Positions 10,627 through 22,773 of a stretch of 64,000 nt of DNA are shown in pieces. Position 1 is the stretch's first letter, and each line of letters begins with the position of its first letter. The position numbers and the translations under genes are program-made. Source of the DNA: Andalucia godoyi And28 (taxonomy: Eukaryota; Protista; Jakobida). The notes under the pieces were generated by a model. That model worked only from the letters and a program-made list of their open reading frames with translations, was not told the DNA's origin and searched no databases. The stretch spans positions 248,001 to 312,000 of the forward strand of contig VRVR01000007.1 of NCBI GenBank assembly GCA_009859145.1, given 5' to 3'.

Positions 10627-11772
10627 TTACGATGAAAGTCCATACATGCGAACTGCAAGTCCCGGGATGAATGTAATCATAAACACGATATACAGCATCG
10701 AACTGATCTTGTTCCAGACTGCTTTCCGCTTCTTGGTCATTGAATAATCTGGCTTCACATGCTTACACAGCTTGCGAAATTGCAGCTGGCGCTCGTCCAA
10801 AAATCCACTGAACTCTTGCTTGTCCACTTCGTCTCTTTCTTGATAAACGCTGGACGGTGACAAGATGTAGTCGTCGACAAGACCGTCAAGTCGTTCTGTG
10901 AACATCATTGTGGTTCTTCGCTGTCGAGCTTGCGAACGAGTTTGCACCCCGGAAGGCATGTCAAGATCCGGTGAAGTGTACTTGAAATCACAGGAAAAAC
11001 AGAAAGCGAGCACTATGAGTATGCGAACATAACGAAATCACGATGTGCATAACAATGGAGGAAGAAGAAAAATTACGTACATCCGTGGTGATCAAATCAC
11101 GAAGCGGAACCGCTGTGATTTCAGATTGGTGGATATGTCTGAGAATGTACCGGAACAGAAAACGGTTCAGTCGGCGCTGGTCAAACAAGAGCTGGGCTTC
11201 ACGAGACATGAAGTCCCAGGTATCATCAATTGTGGACTTGTACATTCTCATGTCCTTATTATGCAAGTATCGTATTAAAGGATACGACGTAAGACGAAAC
11301 GCTGCCCAGAAACCCAAAAAACAAAAACAAAAGACATCCCCAATCGGAGCGATGCATTAGCCCACAAAGCCCGTAGAGAAACGAGAAAAAACACGACTCC
11401 CAAAAAAAAAAAAAAAAACGATGGGCAGCAAGAGAAAGGGAGCAAGAGAAGCAGCAACATACCAAGTTTGATGAATTTGACAATTATAAGAAACGTAATG
11501 TAGAGAACGATGACATCGTGGATCAGAAGAGTGTACGAGTCTCCATGGTCCCTGGGTTTCTCTCCGACAGCCAGAACCTGTGAAGACTCTCTAAAGTTTC
11601 GAAGCGATTGAAGAGGGACTTGGTGCATGTGAGAAGCAAGCGAGTACGCAATCTTGTCCGCAATCTCCAGACAGGTTCTTCCAAACACGCCAAAGGACAA
11701 TTCGGCAATCGGAGCAGCATATTCAAAAACTGGAATCAGAAAGGTCGTGTTTGTGGGTCCATAACCGATCAT
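10627..11772 (-). CDS. Three-exon hypothetical membrane protein (exons 11772-11463, 11301-11081, 10980-10627)
   Basis: Donors GTATGT and GTACGT with AG acceptors join three ORFs in phase; two hydrophobic segments; no family recognised. Confidence 0.6.
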
Positions 11773-12138
11773 CGTGTTTATCTTTGTTTTGGTGTCTTTG
11801 GTCCTACAATTAGTATTCTCCAGCAGACGGACGCAGAAACGAAAAAAAAGTTAAAAATTAAAAATTAAAAAATAGCACCAATCATAAAATACATTTATGG
11901 AATGAACAAACAGATAAAACGAAACGCGCTGTTCGCACGTTTTGTGCAAAAACGGACTCGGCGCCAAATAAGTACGACCGCGAAGAAGCTTACGTGGAAG
12001 GACGAAAGCCGTGTCAGATAGGCTGTTACCCAGACTGCAGCACATTTATCCTCGAGTTTCCGACACCCAAAAACAAATGTGGTCGTCGTACACGCGACGG
12101 CCGACGACATGGAGAACACACAGAGGCATATATTTTTA

Positions 12139-15100
12139 TTATGGGACTGGAAACCGGAAGTGGCTTCGAGCGGTTCTTTGTGTAGAAAGCGGAGTAACAT
12201 CACCGGTGCTGTCCGCATACCCAGACGGTTTCTTCCGCATCTGAGAACGCACAGTGTCCGGCAAGCTTGCGCGAACCTGCTCCCGGATCTCCAAAAGAGT
12301 GTCATGATTCTTGTCAAAGTCTGGTACACCTCCCGAAAACACAAACTTGTTCATGCGCACTGCAAGTTGCTGCTTGTAAAACTCCTTCTTTTGACGTTCC
12401 GATCGGAGGCTCTTGAGCAGTTCGTCATCGGAATCATCCATATCGTTTTCTTGCGGTTGCGGATCTCTGTATGATCCCGAAGTGCTTCGCGTAGCATTTA
12501 GTTGCTCCAAATTGACACCAGAAAGTCTTCGACTGGTGAGATCTTGACCGCTGCGAGTTCCGGTACGTCCAGCTTTCAGAACAGCGTTTCGGTGACGAAT
12601 CTCGTCATCCTTCTTTTTCAGGCGAATCCGTGTGTACTCCTCAGCCTTTTTGCGAACCATTTGATTGTCGGATTTGAAACGTCCAAGCAGTCGATCATAC
12701 CGTTTCTTGTGAACTCGAAGATCCGCGGCCTCCGAAAGCCTCATTTCGTTCATAGCTACTTTGAAAGTCTTGTGATATTCATCAAATTGCTGCAAGGACG
12801 TCACGTGACTCTTGGATGAATTGTCCATATCCTTCATTCTACCGACGTAATCGGAGGAGATGTGCATTTTGAGAACACGATGAGCTGCGATTGGAGAACA
12901 ACTTCTCCGATCATGCTTCCGCGGGAGATCACTTAATTTTGGCAAACTACCTGCTGATGCGGCTGCTGCGGATGCGTCGTAGTCCAGGGCAGAAGCATCA
13001 AAACCATCCGAAAGAATTCTGCGAATCACCGAGAAATCCCGGAAAATCTCATCAAGAGCCTCCATTTTCTGCAGACAGATTTGTGCTGCACGCCGTCTTG
13101 CAGGATCCGCGATAGGGGTCTTTTCTGGGACACCAGTGATAAACAGTGACTCACCATTCAGCATCACATCTTCTGCTTCTTCTTCTTCTTCATGATCATG
13201 AAGTCGCGGGAGGGATTTCTTTTCCATGAACCCGAGGCTAGACTTTGACCGCACGCCAGCACGGTGCTCTCTCATTTCTCGTACTCGAATCTCCTTCAAG
13301 AAGAAGGACACCAACGGCGTATTTCGGTCAATGTCAACATCCTTGCGGGTACGCTCCATCACGACACATCTCAGCCGCGGCATGTCGTCGTAGTTGGTGT
13401 GCAAGAACCGTCGAAACTTGTCTTTGACCTTTTCAATCGTATCTTCCTCGTCAAGCAGCAGTTTCTTTCTTCGGCGGTTTTGAGAAGTGTTTTCTTCATC
13501 GACAAGAAATAGCAATGGTCGCTTGGGGTCTTCGTGGAGGACCGGCGACACTCGAGTGTACCGATTCTTGTCGTCTTGAACATATCCCAGAAAGAACAGA
13601 TTCTCCTCCGATTTTGTTCGGAAAACTCTCTTCTTGATTACGGGAGAATCGGGGTTGTCACTTCGCAGCAAAGAAAGTTCATCCGATCGCGATTCATCCG
13701 TTCGATCGAACGGTGAAAGGCCTGCAGAAACGTAATCCCAGTCAGCTTCTTCCTTTTCACTCTTCAACACCGACACTCGATCAAAGTCAGAAAACCGCAG
13801 AATGTCGCCAACAAATTCGTACGGATTTGGAAGCTCTTCCGGATACGGCCGGATGATCTGGTGGACAACGTCGCGGAAAACGCACTTGGATTGCGATTGC
13901 GCGAGTGTCCGCAACACATGTTCCGGCATCATCTGCTCGTGGAATAAATGAAAGCGAATTCTGTACAAGGCACTGATCGGCATCGATTCTCCCAGAATCA
14001 AAAGAACACATATTTTGAACACTGCAAACTCGAATATCTCTGGAAAAACATGGTGCGAGTGAGGGAATGTGGCATGAAACATTCTCACAATCACGAAGCC
14101 GAGAACAAACGGCACATACTCGCAGAACAATTGTTTTTTCTTTTCTGCGATGCTTCCGTAAACATCCATGTACTTGTACGAAAAACGATACAGAAGCTCG
14201 TGCTGGTGCATAAACGTGTTTTCTACAAAAAATCGACACTGGAAGAACCAAAACAGATCTTCCACACCGGATATGCCCGTGTCTGAGCCAAAGAATTTTG
14301 ACAATTCAGAGGCATCCATGCCATGTTTTTGCAAAAACAAAAGAATATTTTCTGGAAGCAGCAATTGAACAAAGATTAGCGAAATGCACTGAGAGCTCTC
14401 CTAAGACGCAGCAGAATACATAGATCGACCATAAAGAGATGCACAACATACGACAAAATTCTCCAGTCTTGAGCGGAATAGGACTCTCGTCCAGCAGAAA
14501 ACCGTCCTCTGAGAATATCCGCAGCGTCTGCCACACACATACACACATATATATCACCAAAAGCAACCAAATCGTCAGAACAGCCAAAACCAAACCAAGG
14601 GAAGAATGACAGCCGAAAAAAAGCAAACTGGAATACATACGTGCACTTCTGCCAACCGCTTCGAACGCGCATTTCGGGCATCACGGAGATGCTCATACAT
14701 TGCACCAAATTCGTTCTTGAATTCACCCAGCTCGGAAGACATCGAAGGTCGAGTCTGAAACGTCAGTCCCGCAGAAGGCCGACCTTCCACAGACGAACTG
14801 CGGCCCTTTGCACCAGCGACGACCGCCACCGACGTTTTCCTCGCGCCCGCATTGAATACCAGCCGTTTCTCGCCATTTAAAATTGATGTCATGGACTGCC
14901 GCTCGCCCTTACGAGGATGTGCATCCTCCGTGCGATGGTCCCCCTCCACACGCTTGGCGTTTCCAAGCCGCGATCTGGCGGGAATCCTTCCCTTGGAGGA
15001 AGGCTGATGATGATGCGCAGGATCATACACACTTAACTCGATACTAGGCCGACTGCTCCGCCCAGGTGTCTTGGAAAAATCGGAAAACGTATCGGTTATG

Positions 15101-15675
15101 GACTGAGAATCGTTCACGAGCAGGCTCTTTCGCTTTTTTCGGATATCGTCATCGTCATCCTCATCCTCATCCTCATCAACGTACCCATCATCGCACTGAC
15201 CTCCATCGCTATTCCCGTCGCTGAATTTTCTTGTTGCTGAAGGTGCATTGATTGCGGACTTCCGCGCAGATGAGCCTGCAGAAAGCTCGTCATCATCCAG
15301 AAACAGTTCATTGCGCTTCCGTAAGTATTCTTGATGCAGTTCGGCCATCTCAAGCACATCCCGGCACAAAAGTGCAAATTCTTGAGCTAATTTCTGAACT
15401 TCAACCTTTACTCCGGTGCAAAGAGAAGAGGATGGGACATCGGTTCCTCTGGGCAAATACTTTGCGTACGATTGTGCAGGAATGAGGACCGCGGGGACAT
15501 TGCAGTGGCCCAGAAGAACACACAGCGAGTTCACGTAGCTTACATACGAGTCCCTTCGTTCTCGATTGGACAATACCAACGACGATTTGCGCTCCAGAGA
15601 ATCTTCCAAGGCCGGTGGAAGATCAAAATCGACCTTGTGTGTCAGATCCGCTCGTGTCAGATCGCGAATCGACAT
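12139..15675 (-). CDS. FAM227/FWWh-domain-like protein, three exons (15675-14641, 14527-14452, 14351-12139)
   Basis: Splice sites are phase-consistent (GTATGT donors). EDLFWFFQCRFF...LLYRFSYKY...FCEYVPFVL...FHATFPHS resembles the FWWh domain. Confidence 0.7.
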
Positions 15676-16438
15676 GAGAACAACGAACAAAAACAAACGT
15701 TGTGCACGCGAGCACCACGTCAGTTAATTGATATGAGCGTAGTCAAAAAAATAAGATCGAGTCACAGTAAATCATCTGTTGCTGGTGGTGAATTGGCAAA
15801 ATAAAAAGAAGGGAATGACACCCACACTCGCAACCCAGCGTTCTGCCGACTGTCGTTGCTGTTTTTGAATCCCGGGAAAGCCGGGAGACAGGCAGACGAC
15901 CTGCCAGTTTAGCAACGGCTGACAGCTTTGTACGTCAACGCCGAACATCAAACAATACGATTTTCTTACCGTAGTCCAGCCCAAAATTTCTTCATTTTGA
16001 GCTGACCGAAGTCGATTTCGCATGGCTGCGCATTTCTGTTCTATCTCTCTGTTCCTACTCGTTACCAAGATGCGATTTCGAATATATGCATCGTCCACAA
16101 CAATATCTCTTTGTATCTCAAAAATCGTCGCTTTTGGCCGCCTCCCTGCAGAGTTGTGTTTTTTGATTAATTAGGTCATAAAAGCATCATTCAGTTCTGT
16201 TTTTCTCTGTGCTGTTCATGTATTTGGTGCATCGGCATGCGCCAGCATCGACGGACTGCTCTCAGAAGCAAGATCGTGCATTGGATACACGCTTGGCAGG
16301 CATCCTGCTGATTCTGCACAAGTCTTCCGTTTTGCGCAGCCGTTGCGCTCAGAGCACAGAAACGAGCTCGCTGATGTCCAGCAGCACTAATTCCGCTCCC
16401 GCTCTACCCATATCGAGAAACTGTGCAGCCAGAAACAC

Positions 16439-17239
16439 TTGTGCAATGAAACCGTCATCTCCACATCCAGAGAATCGTCCTGCGGACCCGTTCCTACTGT
16501 GGTGTTTTGCACTTGCCGTTTTCTTTTTACTTCTGTTCCTGTCCTGATGTGTTTTCAGAGATTGCGTAAACAGAATTTGGATATCTACGACGTGTTTGCT
16601 GCAACCCTCAACAAATCGCCACAACATCCTGCTGCCGATACGACAATCGACTTGAGCCGTCAATCGCCGGTGCTTTCGGAATCGCCCATCGACCTGACCA
16701 TCGACACATCTCCTCGGGACTTGGGATCCCCGGAGCAATCGCAATTTGCACCGCCTGCGCCCACCGTCGTCTCTGTCATCACATTCGAAGAGGGAGCGCC
16801 AGTGTATTTCGATGTTCCAGGGGCAAGCAAACTGGCTCCCGTGAGACAGCCTGGAGTTGTCGCAGAGCGGATGCGCAACCGAAGAACAGGAAAGCCAATG
16901 GATTCGTACAAGGTCCTCTTTGAAGGAAAGCTGGTCGAGCCTGCGATGAAGTCTTCTGCTCTCGTGGCACTTGCTCCCAAAGGAACAAACCAAGATGCGC
17001 AACTTCGAGCCATGTTCCAAAAATACCAAAGCCAAGAGACAGTGGAAACGATATCTGTCTCCGAAGCTGGGATGAAGCATTCAACGGGTGTCGAGCCGAT
17101 ATTGTCAAACGATGGACCGCGTTTCTGTAACTGTAGGAGAGCGAAAAAGAAATGCTCCAACTCACACTGTCCATGCATCAAGAACAACCGTCGGTGCACC
17201 GCGCTGTGCCACGAAGGCGACTCGTGCGCGAATGGGTGA
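16439..17239 (+). CDS. Hypothetical protein or pseudogene with a C-terminal CXC-type cysteine cluster, possibly transposon-derived
   Basis: Ends in FCNCRRAKKKCSNSHCPCIKNNRRCTALCHEGDSCAN. The same frame continues upstream to about 16210 past one TAA near 16388. Confidence 0.55.
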   Translation: MCNETVISTSRESSCGPVPTVVFCTCRFLFTSVPVLMCFQRLRKQNLDIYDVFAATLNKSPQHPAADTTIDLSRQSPVLSESPIDLTIDTSPRDLGSPEQSQFAPPAPTVVSVITFEEGAPVYFDVPGASKLAPVRQPGVVAERMRNRRTGKPMDSYKVLFEGKLVEPAMKSSALVALAPKGTNQDAQLRAMFQKYQSQETVETISVSEAGMKHSTGVEPILSNDGPRFCNCRRAKKKCSNSHCPCIKNNRRCTALCHEGDSCANG

Positions 17240-18250
17240 CCGAAGGTGGCCATCATGAGAATGATAAGTGCTGCACATATCCTCCTTGCTCAACGACTGC
17301 GCACACGCTGCATCTCGCCCTTCCCTCGACAATCCGACATGCTGGGACTTCTGCGACAGCGCAAGGAGCAAAAAGCTACTTGTCATTGAGAACCTACACC
17401 GATAAAAAGGAGGGAGAGCAGGCACAAAGCTTCCAACATAATCAAAGCACGAGTTGGCATAGGCAGGAATCAGGCGAACACGAGTTCGCATGAAATCGAC
17501 TTGGGCCGTAACATTCATTCTTCGTTCTTCACTTTTTATTCTTTCAATTATTTTCTGTTTGTTTGTCTTTTATTAATCGAACTCTCAAACAGACAAAACA
17601 TCTCATGGCTCCAAAGAGGGATCTTCCCGACAAACTCAAACCGGCCATGCCCGAAGATGCTGAGAACCAAGCAACCCGCTGATCCCCTCTCGCCGGAGGC
17701 GGAGAGCAAGAAGAAGTGATGACCCTTTGATGCAGAGCACTCTGCATTGAAGAGTTGGTGCTCGCCCCCAGATTTAAAAACAAAAAGACATGTGGCTTAC
17801 ATCTATCTTCGATGGCAACTTAGCCGATGATCAATAATGATTTTGGCGAGCGGATGGTCGGTTGAAGCAGAACGAAAATTTACAATAACATGTGACAAAA
17901 TATGCAAAATCTCAAGCACATCTTCATTTTTGCAGCTGCTATGGCCACACTCCCTGTCAATAGCAACGAAAATCACAGCAAGCGCGATGCCACAGGAAAA
18001 AAGCAAGGGGCAGCCTATCTTGCACGGTACACTGGGAGATAGCTCTGCGTCATCTGTCAAAAGCAAGCAACCGAAAGAATAAATAATAATAATAATCATT
18101 AAAAAAGGAAAGAGAGAGAGAGAGAGAGAGACGCCATTCGGCGCCAATGATATTCTTTCGTTTTGAATAAAATTCAGAGAAGAGGAAATGAAACGAACAG
18201 GATTCTTTCTCTCTCTTCCCCCCACCCTCCTGAAGAATGCTGGTAGGATG

Positions 18251-19831
18251 CTATCGTCCCCAGGTAGTAAGCGCCGTGTGACAATTGGGATACTTGGAGA
18301 TCCACAACTTGATTTCTTCCGAAGGATTGCCGACCATCGTGAGTCGTTCCGCGAGCCTCGCAATACTTTCATCTTCAGACAAGTCACAGAACCCGAGATA
18401 GAAGCACCGCAGGAGCGCCTGCTTCAGCAACTTCGACGAAATCATTCCAGCACCAAACCGCTCGCGGACGAGTGATTCAATTTGAGAGACCGGGGCCGCG
18501 TACTCCTCCTGCAGCGACAGCGCAAATAAAACACCAATTTCCAATTGTGTGAGCGTGGAAACGGCCGCTTCACTCAGAGAATTCATCGACTCAAAAGCGG
18601 CAAAACAGCTGTCAAACTCCGGAAAGTTCGCGACAATCGTGTCCAGAAACCGGCACACATGATGCATATTCATCCCTTTCGTAACAATCAAGTCCAGGAT
18701 GCGAATGAACTCCGGTCTCTTAAACAAATGATCAACCTGTAATTGAAAGCGATTGACGATAGACGACAGAACACGTTTCTCCTTGATCAACACGTCTCGT
18801 TCCGCTGGAGACAGCGACAACACAAGTTTGCAGACCGACGTCAGTTCTTCCGCGTTCCTGAATAACCGGATTCCAAAGTGCCGAAACACGAATCGAGACC
18901 GCGCACGTTTCTCCAGCAATGCATCTGCGTCTGTGCGGTTTGAAAGAGTGATCACAGTAATTGTCTGCGGAGACGACGACAGATGCAAAAAATCAAAGAT
19001 GGTGTACAGCGATCGCGGACACGTTTCTGCAAATGTGTCCAGAGGTGAAATGATTAAAATCACTCTTCCACTTTTCTCGGTCTGCCTCCGCTGGAGCTCA
19101 ATTCGCAACATGTCGCACAGCACGTCCAATGAAGCATACATCAAATCTTCATACTTGTATCCCAACTTCTTGAGTAAGAATGTGACCAGCCTCTTGTCTT
19201 CAGCAAACAACTTTCCACACAAATGAATAACCATATCATACTGCACGTTCGCCAGCACGCTCTTCAGCAATAAATGCTTTCCACATCCAGACGGTCCGGT
19301 GAGCATGTACGCAGCATGTTCGCAGTTCACCAATGAATCCCGCAACTCGCTCAGAGCTGTATCAAGCACCGGCCCCAGCTTCGCCGGCACATAGTCTGAC
19401 GAAGAAAGGTGCCTCCTTAAGACTTCTCGAAAGTGTGGGATCGCCGAAGAAGACGAATCATCGATCGACGCTGTAGCTGCATGCAAAGGATCGGCACCCT
19501 TTGTTCGTTTTTGCGATGGAGACGCAACTCCTTCGATCGCAGGCCGTTTCTTGTCTGTCGAACTTGCACCATTTTGACAGTAATCTTCAGCAATCGAGGA
19601 AACATTCTTTTTGAGCACATCCGATTCCGCGGATGCAAAATCAGAGTATGAAGATCTAAGCTTTGCAAAGAAGGACTGGAACCAAGCATCGCTGAACACG
19701 CTCTCCGATAACAAACCATGCTTGCGAATCTTGGCATACAACGACTTGGAAGGGTTCAAAGACGGTGCGTCAGCAGACAGCAAGCGAACCGCTTCAAAAA
19801 TCGCCTTTGGTTCAAACGTCGTACCCGACAT
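18251..19831 (-). CDS. ORC4: Origin recognition complex subunit 4
   Basis: AAA+ fold with LTGPSGCGK, LYTIFDFL and the ORC4 signature LLEKRARSRF, plus a winged-helix-like C-terminus. Confidence 0.85.
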   Translation of the reverse strand: MSGTTFEPKAIFEAVRLLSADAPSLNPSKSLYAKIRKHGLLSESVFSDAWFQSFFAKLRSSYSDFASAESDVLKKNVSSIAEDYCQNGASSTDKKRPAIEGVASPSQKRTKGADPLHAATASIDDSSSSAIPHFREVLRRHLSSSDYVPAKLGPVLDTALSELRDSLVNCEHAAYMLTGPSGCGKHLLLKSVLANVQYDMVIHLCGKLFAEDKRLVTFLLKKLGYKYEDLMYASLDVLCDMLRIELQRRQTEKSGRVILIISPLDTFAETCPRSLYTIFDFLHLSSSPQTITVITLSNRTDADALLEKRARSRFVFRHFGIRLFRNAEELTSVCKLVLSLSPAERDVLIKEKRVLSSIVNRFQLQVDHLFKRPEFIRILDLIVTKGMNMHHVCRFLDTIVANFPEFDSCFAAFESMNSLSEAAVSTLTQLEIGVLFALSLQEEYAAPVSQIESLVRERFGAGMISSKLLKQALLRCFYLGFCDLSEDESIARLAERLTMVGNPSEEIKLWISKYPNCHTALTTWGR

Positions 19832-20019
19832 TCTAGAATTAACAACCACACCCGAGCAGCACAGTACTCGTTATGCTGTCGTCGTCTGTTTGGCTACCAG
19901 TCCCACTCAGCATTCTCATAAACGAGCAACAAAAGCCTTTCTCTCTTTTGGTGTCTCTCCTCTTCTTTTGCACTACAGCTGGAAAAGAGTCGGTTTTGAA
20001 TTGTAAGGCTTGATACTTA

Positions 20020-22580
20020 TCGTAAAGGCAGGTATTCTTGCCGGCTGGAGGTATTCTTGCCGATTTTCTTCCAACGTTTCGCTTTTATTTTTCTTACCTA
20101 TTTTTGCTTGTTTTTCTTTTTTTCAAAATATTAACGAGATAAATGGATTCAGTTTCGAGCGGAGAACAATAATTACATCTCAAATGGCTTTCCTGGCGAA
20201 TGGAAATCGTTAGTTTTGGGCAAATCGTCGGTTTGCTGCTTGGATGAACGACAGCATCCCTGTGGGTTGTATTCCAGCCGTGCTTGCTGGCTCTGCCACC
20301 GGTTGTTGTGATGCGGGAACATAGGGCGAGGTGCTGCTACCTTCACCACCGTTGTAGGAACGGATGTGGATAGGATTCTGCGGAAGAGCAGCAGTCGAAA
20401 CGCTCGAGCTTCGCGTTGCGGAATGTTGTCGTTTCTGCGCTTTCGCTTCCTTCTCGGCTCTTCGTTGATTCTCGTCTGCAACTTTGTTTCGCATGTATGT
20501 CACCGATTCCCGAGCAGTGAGGCAGAAACTCGCTGTCTTTCCTCGAGGTTTTTTCAAGGCCTTACCTGCACTTGCGGACAGGACTCCTCTTTGACTGTTG
20601 CGCCGCTCCCGCTGTTTCTGTGCCACCACTGCGGCTCGCTTGTGGCCTTCTGCATCGTCATCATCACCATCGTCGTCGTCGTCATCATCGTCGTTATGTG
20701 CAACATCGTACTCGTGGGTCTCCGATGCGGTGTTAGACGAATGCGGCACTGCAGTGTTGCTTCTGTTGTCCCAGAACCGCATTTCAGCAGCTTGTTGTGC
20801 AGCATGCTCTGCCTCCGAAAACTCTGCTTCAAACACGTTCTTTCGAAGTGGGAACAGCCCTGTGACCTGGAACGCGCGCTCAACGTGCATGAGAGAGACA
20901 TTCCTCCACGCCTTCATCAGGCATTGCGTATTGACATCGTCTCCCTTCGTTAGACGGAACACCGAACCATCCTGCAGCAACACATGTTTCCCGTTCTCAA
21001 TCCCGTGCTCTCCCGTTTTCTGCTTCTCATACCGGAACGCATTTTTTACAGTCTTGTAGCACTCGACGTCCAAAGGCTGCATTTAATGCGTGCAGTGCGG
21101 AGGGAACGTGACCAACTCCCAGTTGTTTGCGCAGCACCATTCGACAGCTTCGATCGTTGTGTAGCTGCTGTGTCCGTCCACGACCAGGACGACTTTTTCG
21201 TTGCGACGCTCAGCGGGCAACTGGGACTTGAGATCTTCCAAGAACTCCACAAAGAGAGTGGAGTCGATCCATCCTTTCTCACTTCGAGAGACTTTCAGTT
21301 CCGGATCCTTCTTCAAGAGCACCTTTTGCATGTAGTCCAACGACGGTCCTGTGTTTGAATACACCATCATTCGACGAAATGCTTTCCCATCTGCCGAGAT
21401 GGCATTGATCATCGTCACGTGGTTTCTCTCCGAGTTGATGGCCATCTGCACTCGCTTTGTGCCTTTGGGAGCGAGAACACGCAATTTGGACTCTTGATCG
21501 CCTTGGACACCTGTCTCGTCCATGTTTACCACTCGCCACGCATCTGCCTGACTCGTGATCCCTGCTCGTGCATACGCTGCTTCCAGATCCCCAAAGAATT
21601 CATCGACGTTACTCTTGTTGAATGAGTACTCACGGGATCGTTCAAGTGTTGAGGGAAGGCGGAGGACGAGAGACGACAAGCCCTGCTTTTCCATCCGCCG
21701 ATTGAACGCAGGAAGCCAGTCTTTCGATAGCAATGTCTTGGATACCTTCGATTTGACGCCATGTCCAGAAGAACAGTCTCTCTTCCTTGTCAAGGTGATT
21801 GTTCTTGTTCTTCCGGTATCGCTCAAGTATTTGGACACTATTTGGACAAAATCCTGCTTCAGAAGGGGCATGTTCTTCTGCACTCTGTACGATACATAGT
21901 GATGCAGCCGCTTCTCTTCGTCCGGGCAGAGAACAGGCGGCCGTCCTGCTTTCCCAAAGAAGGAAACGACTTCTTCGAGGTGATTCATGTCGATGAACTG
22001 GTGCAGCGCTTCCGGGATCTTTGTACGTCGTCTTTCATCTTCTGTTGGCACGATAGGATGAAAGGCTTGAGGCTGCCTACCTTGCGTTTCCATAAACACG
22101 CTTCGAGCACAGTCGTTGAGCTCATCGAGGATCACGTCGTAATAGATACCAACGTACTTGCGCACGGTTCGTTCAGGAGATTGCAGATCTTTGTACTTGA
22201 CACCGTTAATGATATGCGCAAGGACGTCTTTCGTGAGCTGCGCGTCCGAATTCGCTGTTCTTCCGGTAGAGGATCGTTTTTTGACCATTCTGATTGGTTT
22301 TGATGAAAAACGAACGGAAGAAAGAAGAAAGCGCGCCAAAACATTTTCAGCAAAAAACCGGCAAGAATACCTGCCTCTTAATTAAATTTCGACCATTTTG
22401 CAGTGCTGATAACAATACAATGAACATTACCAGAAGAAAATTTTAAAAACGAAACGCACGGAGTTCGCTGCACTGAACACGAATTTGAAAAAAAAATCGG
22501 ATGGTTTTCAATTGGAATGACCCGACAATGACCCGGCATGACAAGTGCGAAAAAACCGGCAAGAATACCTGCCTTTACGA
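20020..22580 (-). mobile_element. Tc1/mariner superfamily pogo/Fot1-like (DD35D) DNA transposon, 2561 bp
   Basis: Perfect 25-bp TIRs TCGTAAAGGCAGGTATTCTTGCCGG (20020-20044 and 22556-22580) flanked by TA on both sides. Internal copies of the TIR core lie at 20050-20062 and 22358-22376. Confidence 0.95.
20210..22339 (-). pseudogene. pogo-like DDE_1 transposase with a single in-frame TAA
   Basis: GRPPVL...HTH-CENPB-like region, NMDETG, KGWID, VVDGHSSY and FPPHCTH*MQPLD. There are 35 positions between the second and third Asp, counting the stop. Confidence 0.92.
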
Positions 22581-22773
22581 TAGACAGGAAGGCGATTCAT
22601 CTTGGTCTGTTCGAATGGAAAAGTTTTCAAGCATCTCCGAATTTGCGAATGTTGCGAATGTTTTGAAAGTTTTGAATCTTTTGAAAGTCTCAAGTTCTGC
22701 GTCTTTACTCATTGCGATGAATTTCAACGTCAAATTTGCACTCTTTGATATGATGTAGTCAGATTTCCAAGCT

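Noticed and set aside
17540-18250. Short ORFs between the CXC ORF and ORC4
   Set aside because: No recognisable motifs or consistent exon chain.
21083-21085. In-frame TAA as evidence for a reassigned genetic code
   Set aside because: TAA and TAG end conserved genes at the expected places (LSm3 and the Ras-like gene end in TAA, Sen34 in TAG), so the code is standard and this is a nonsense mutation or sequencing error.
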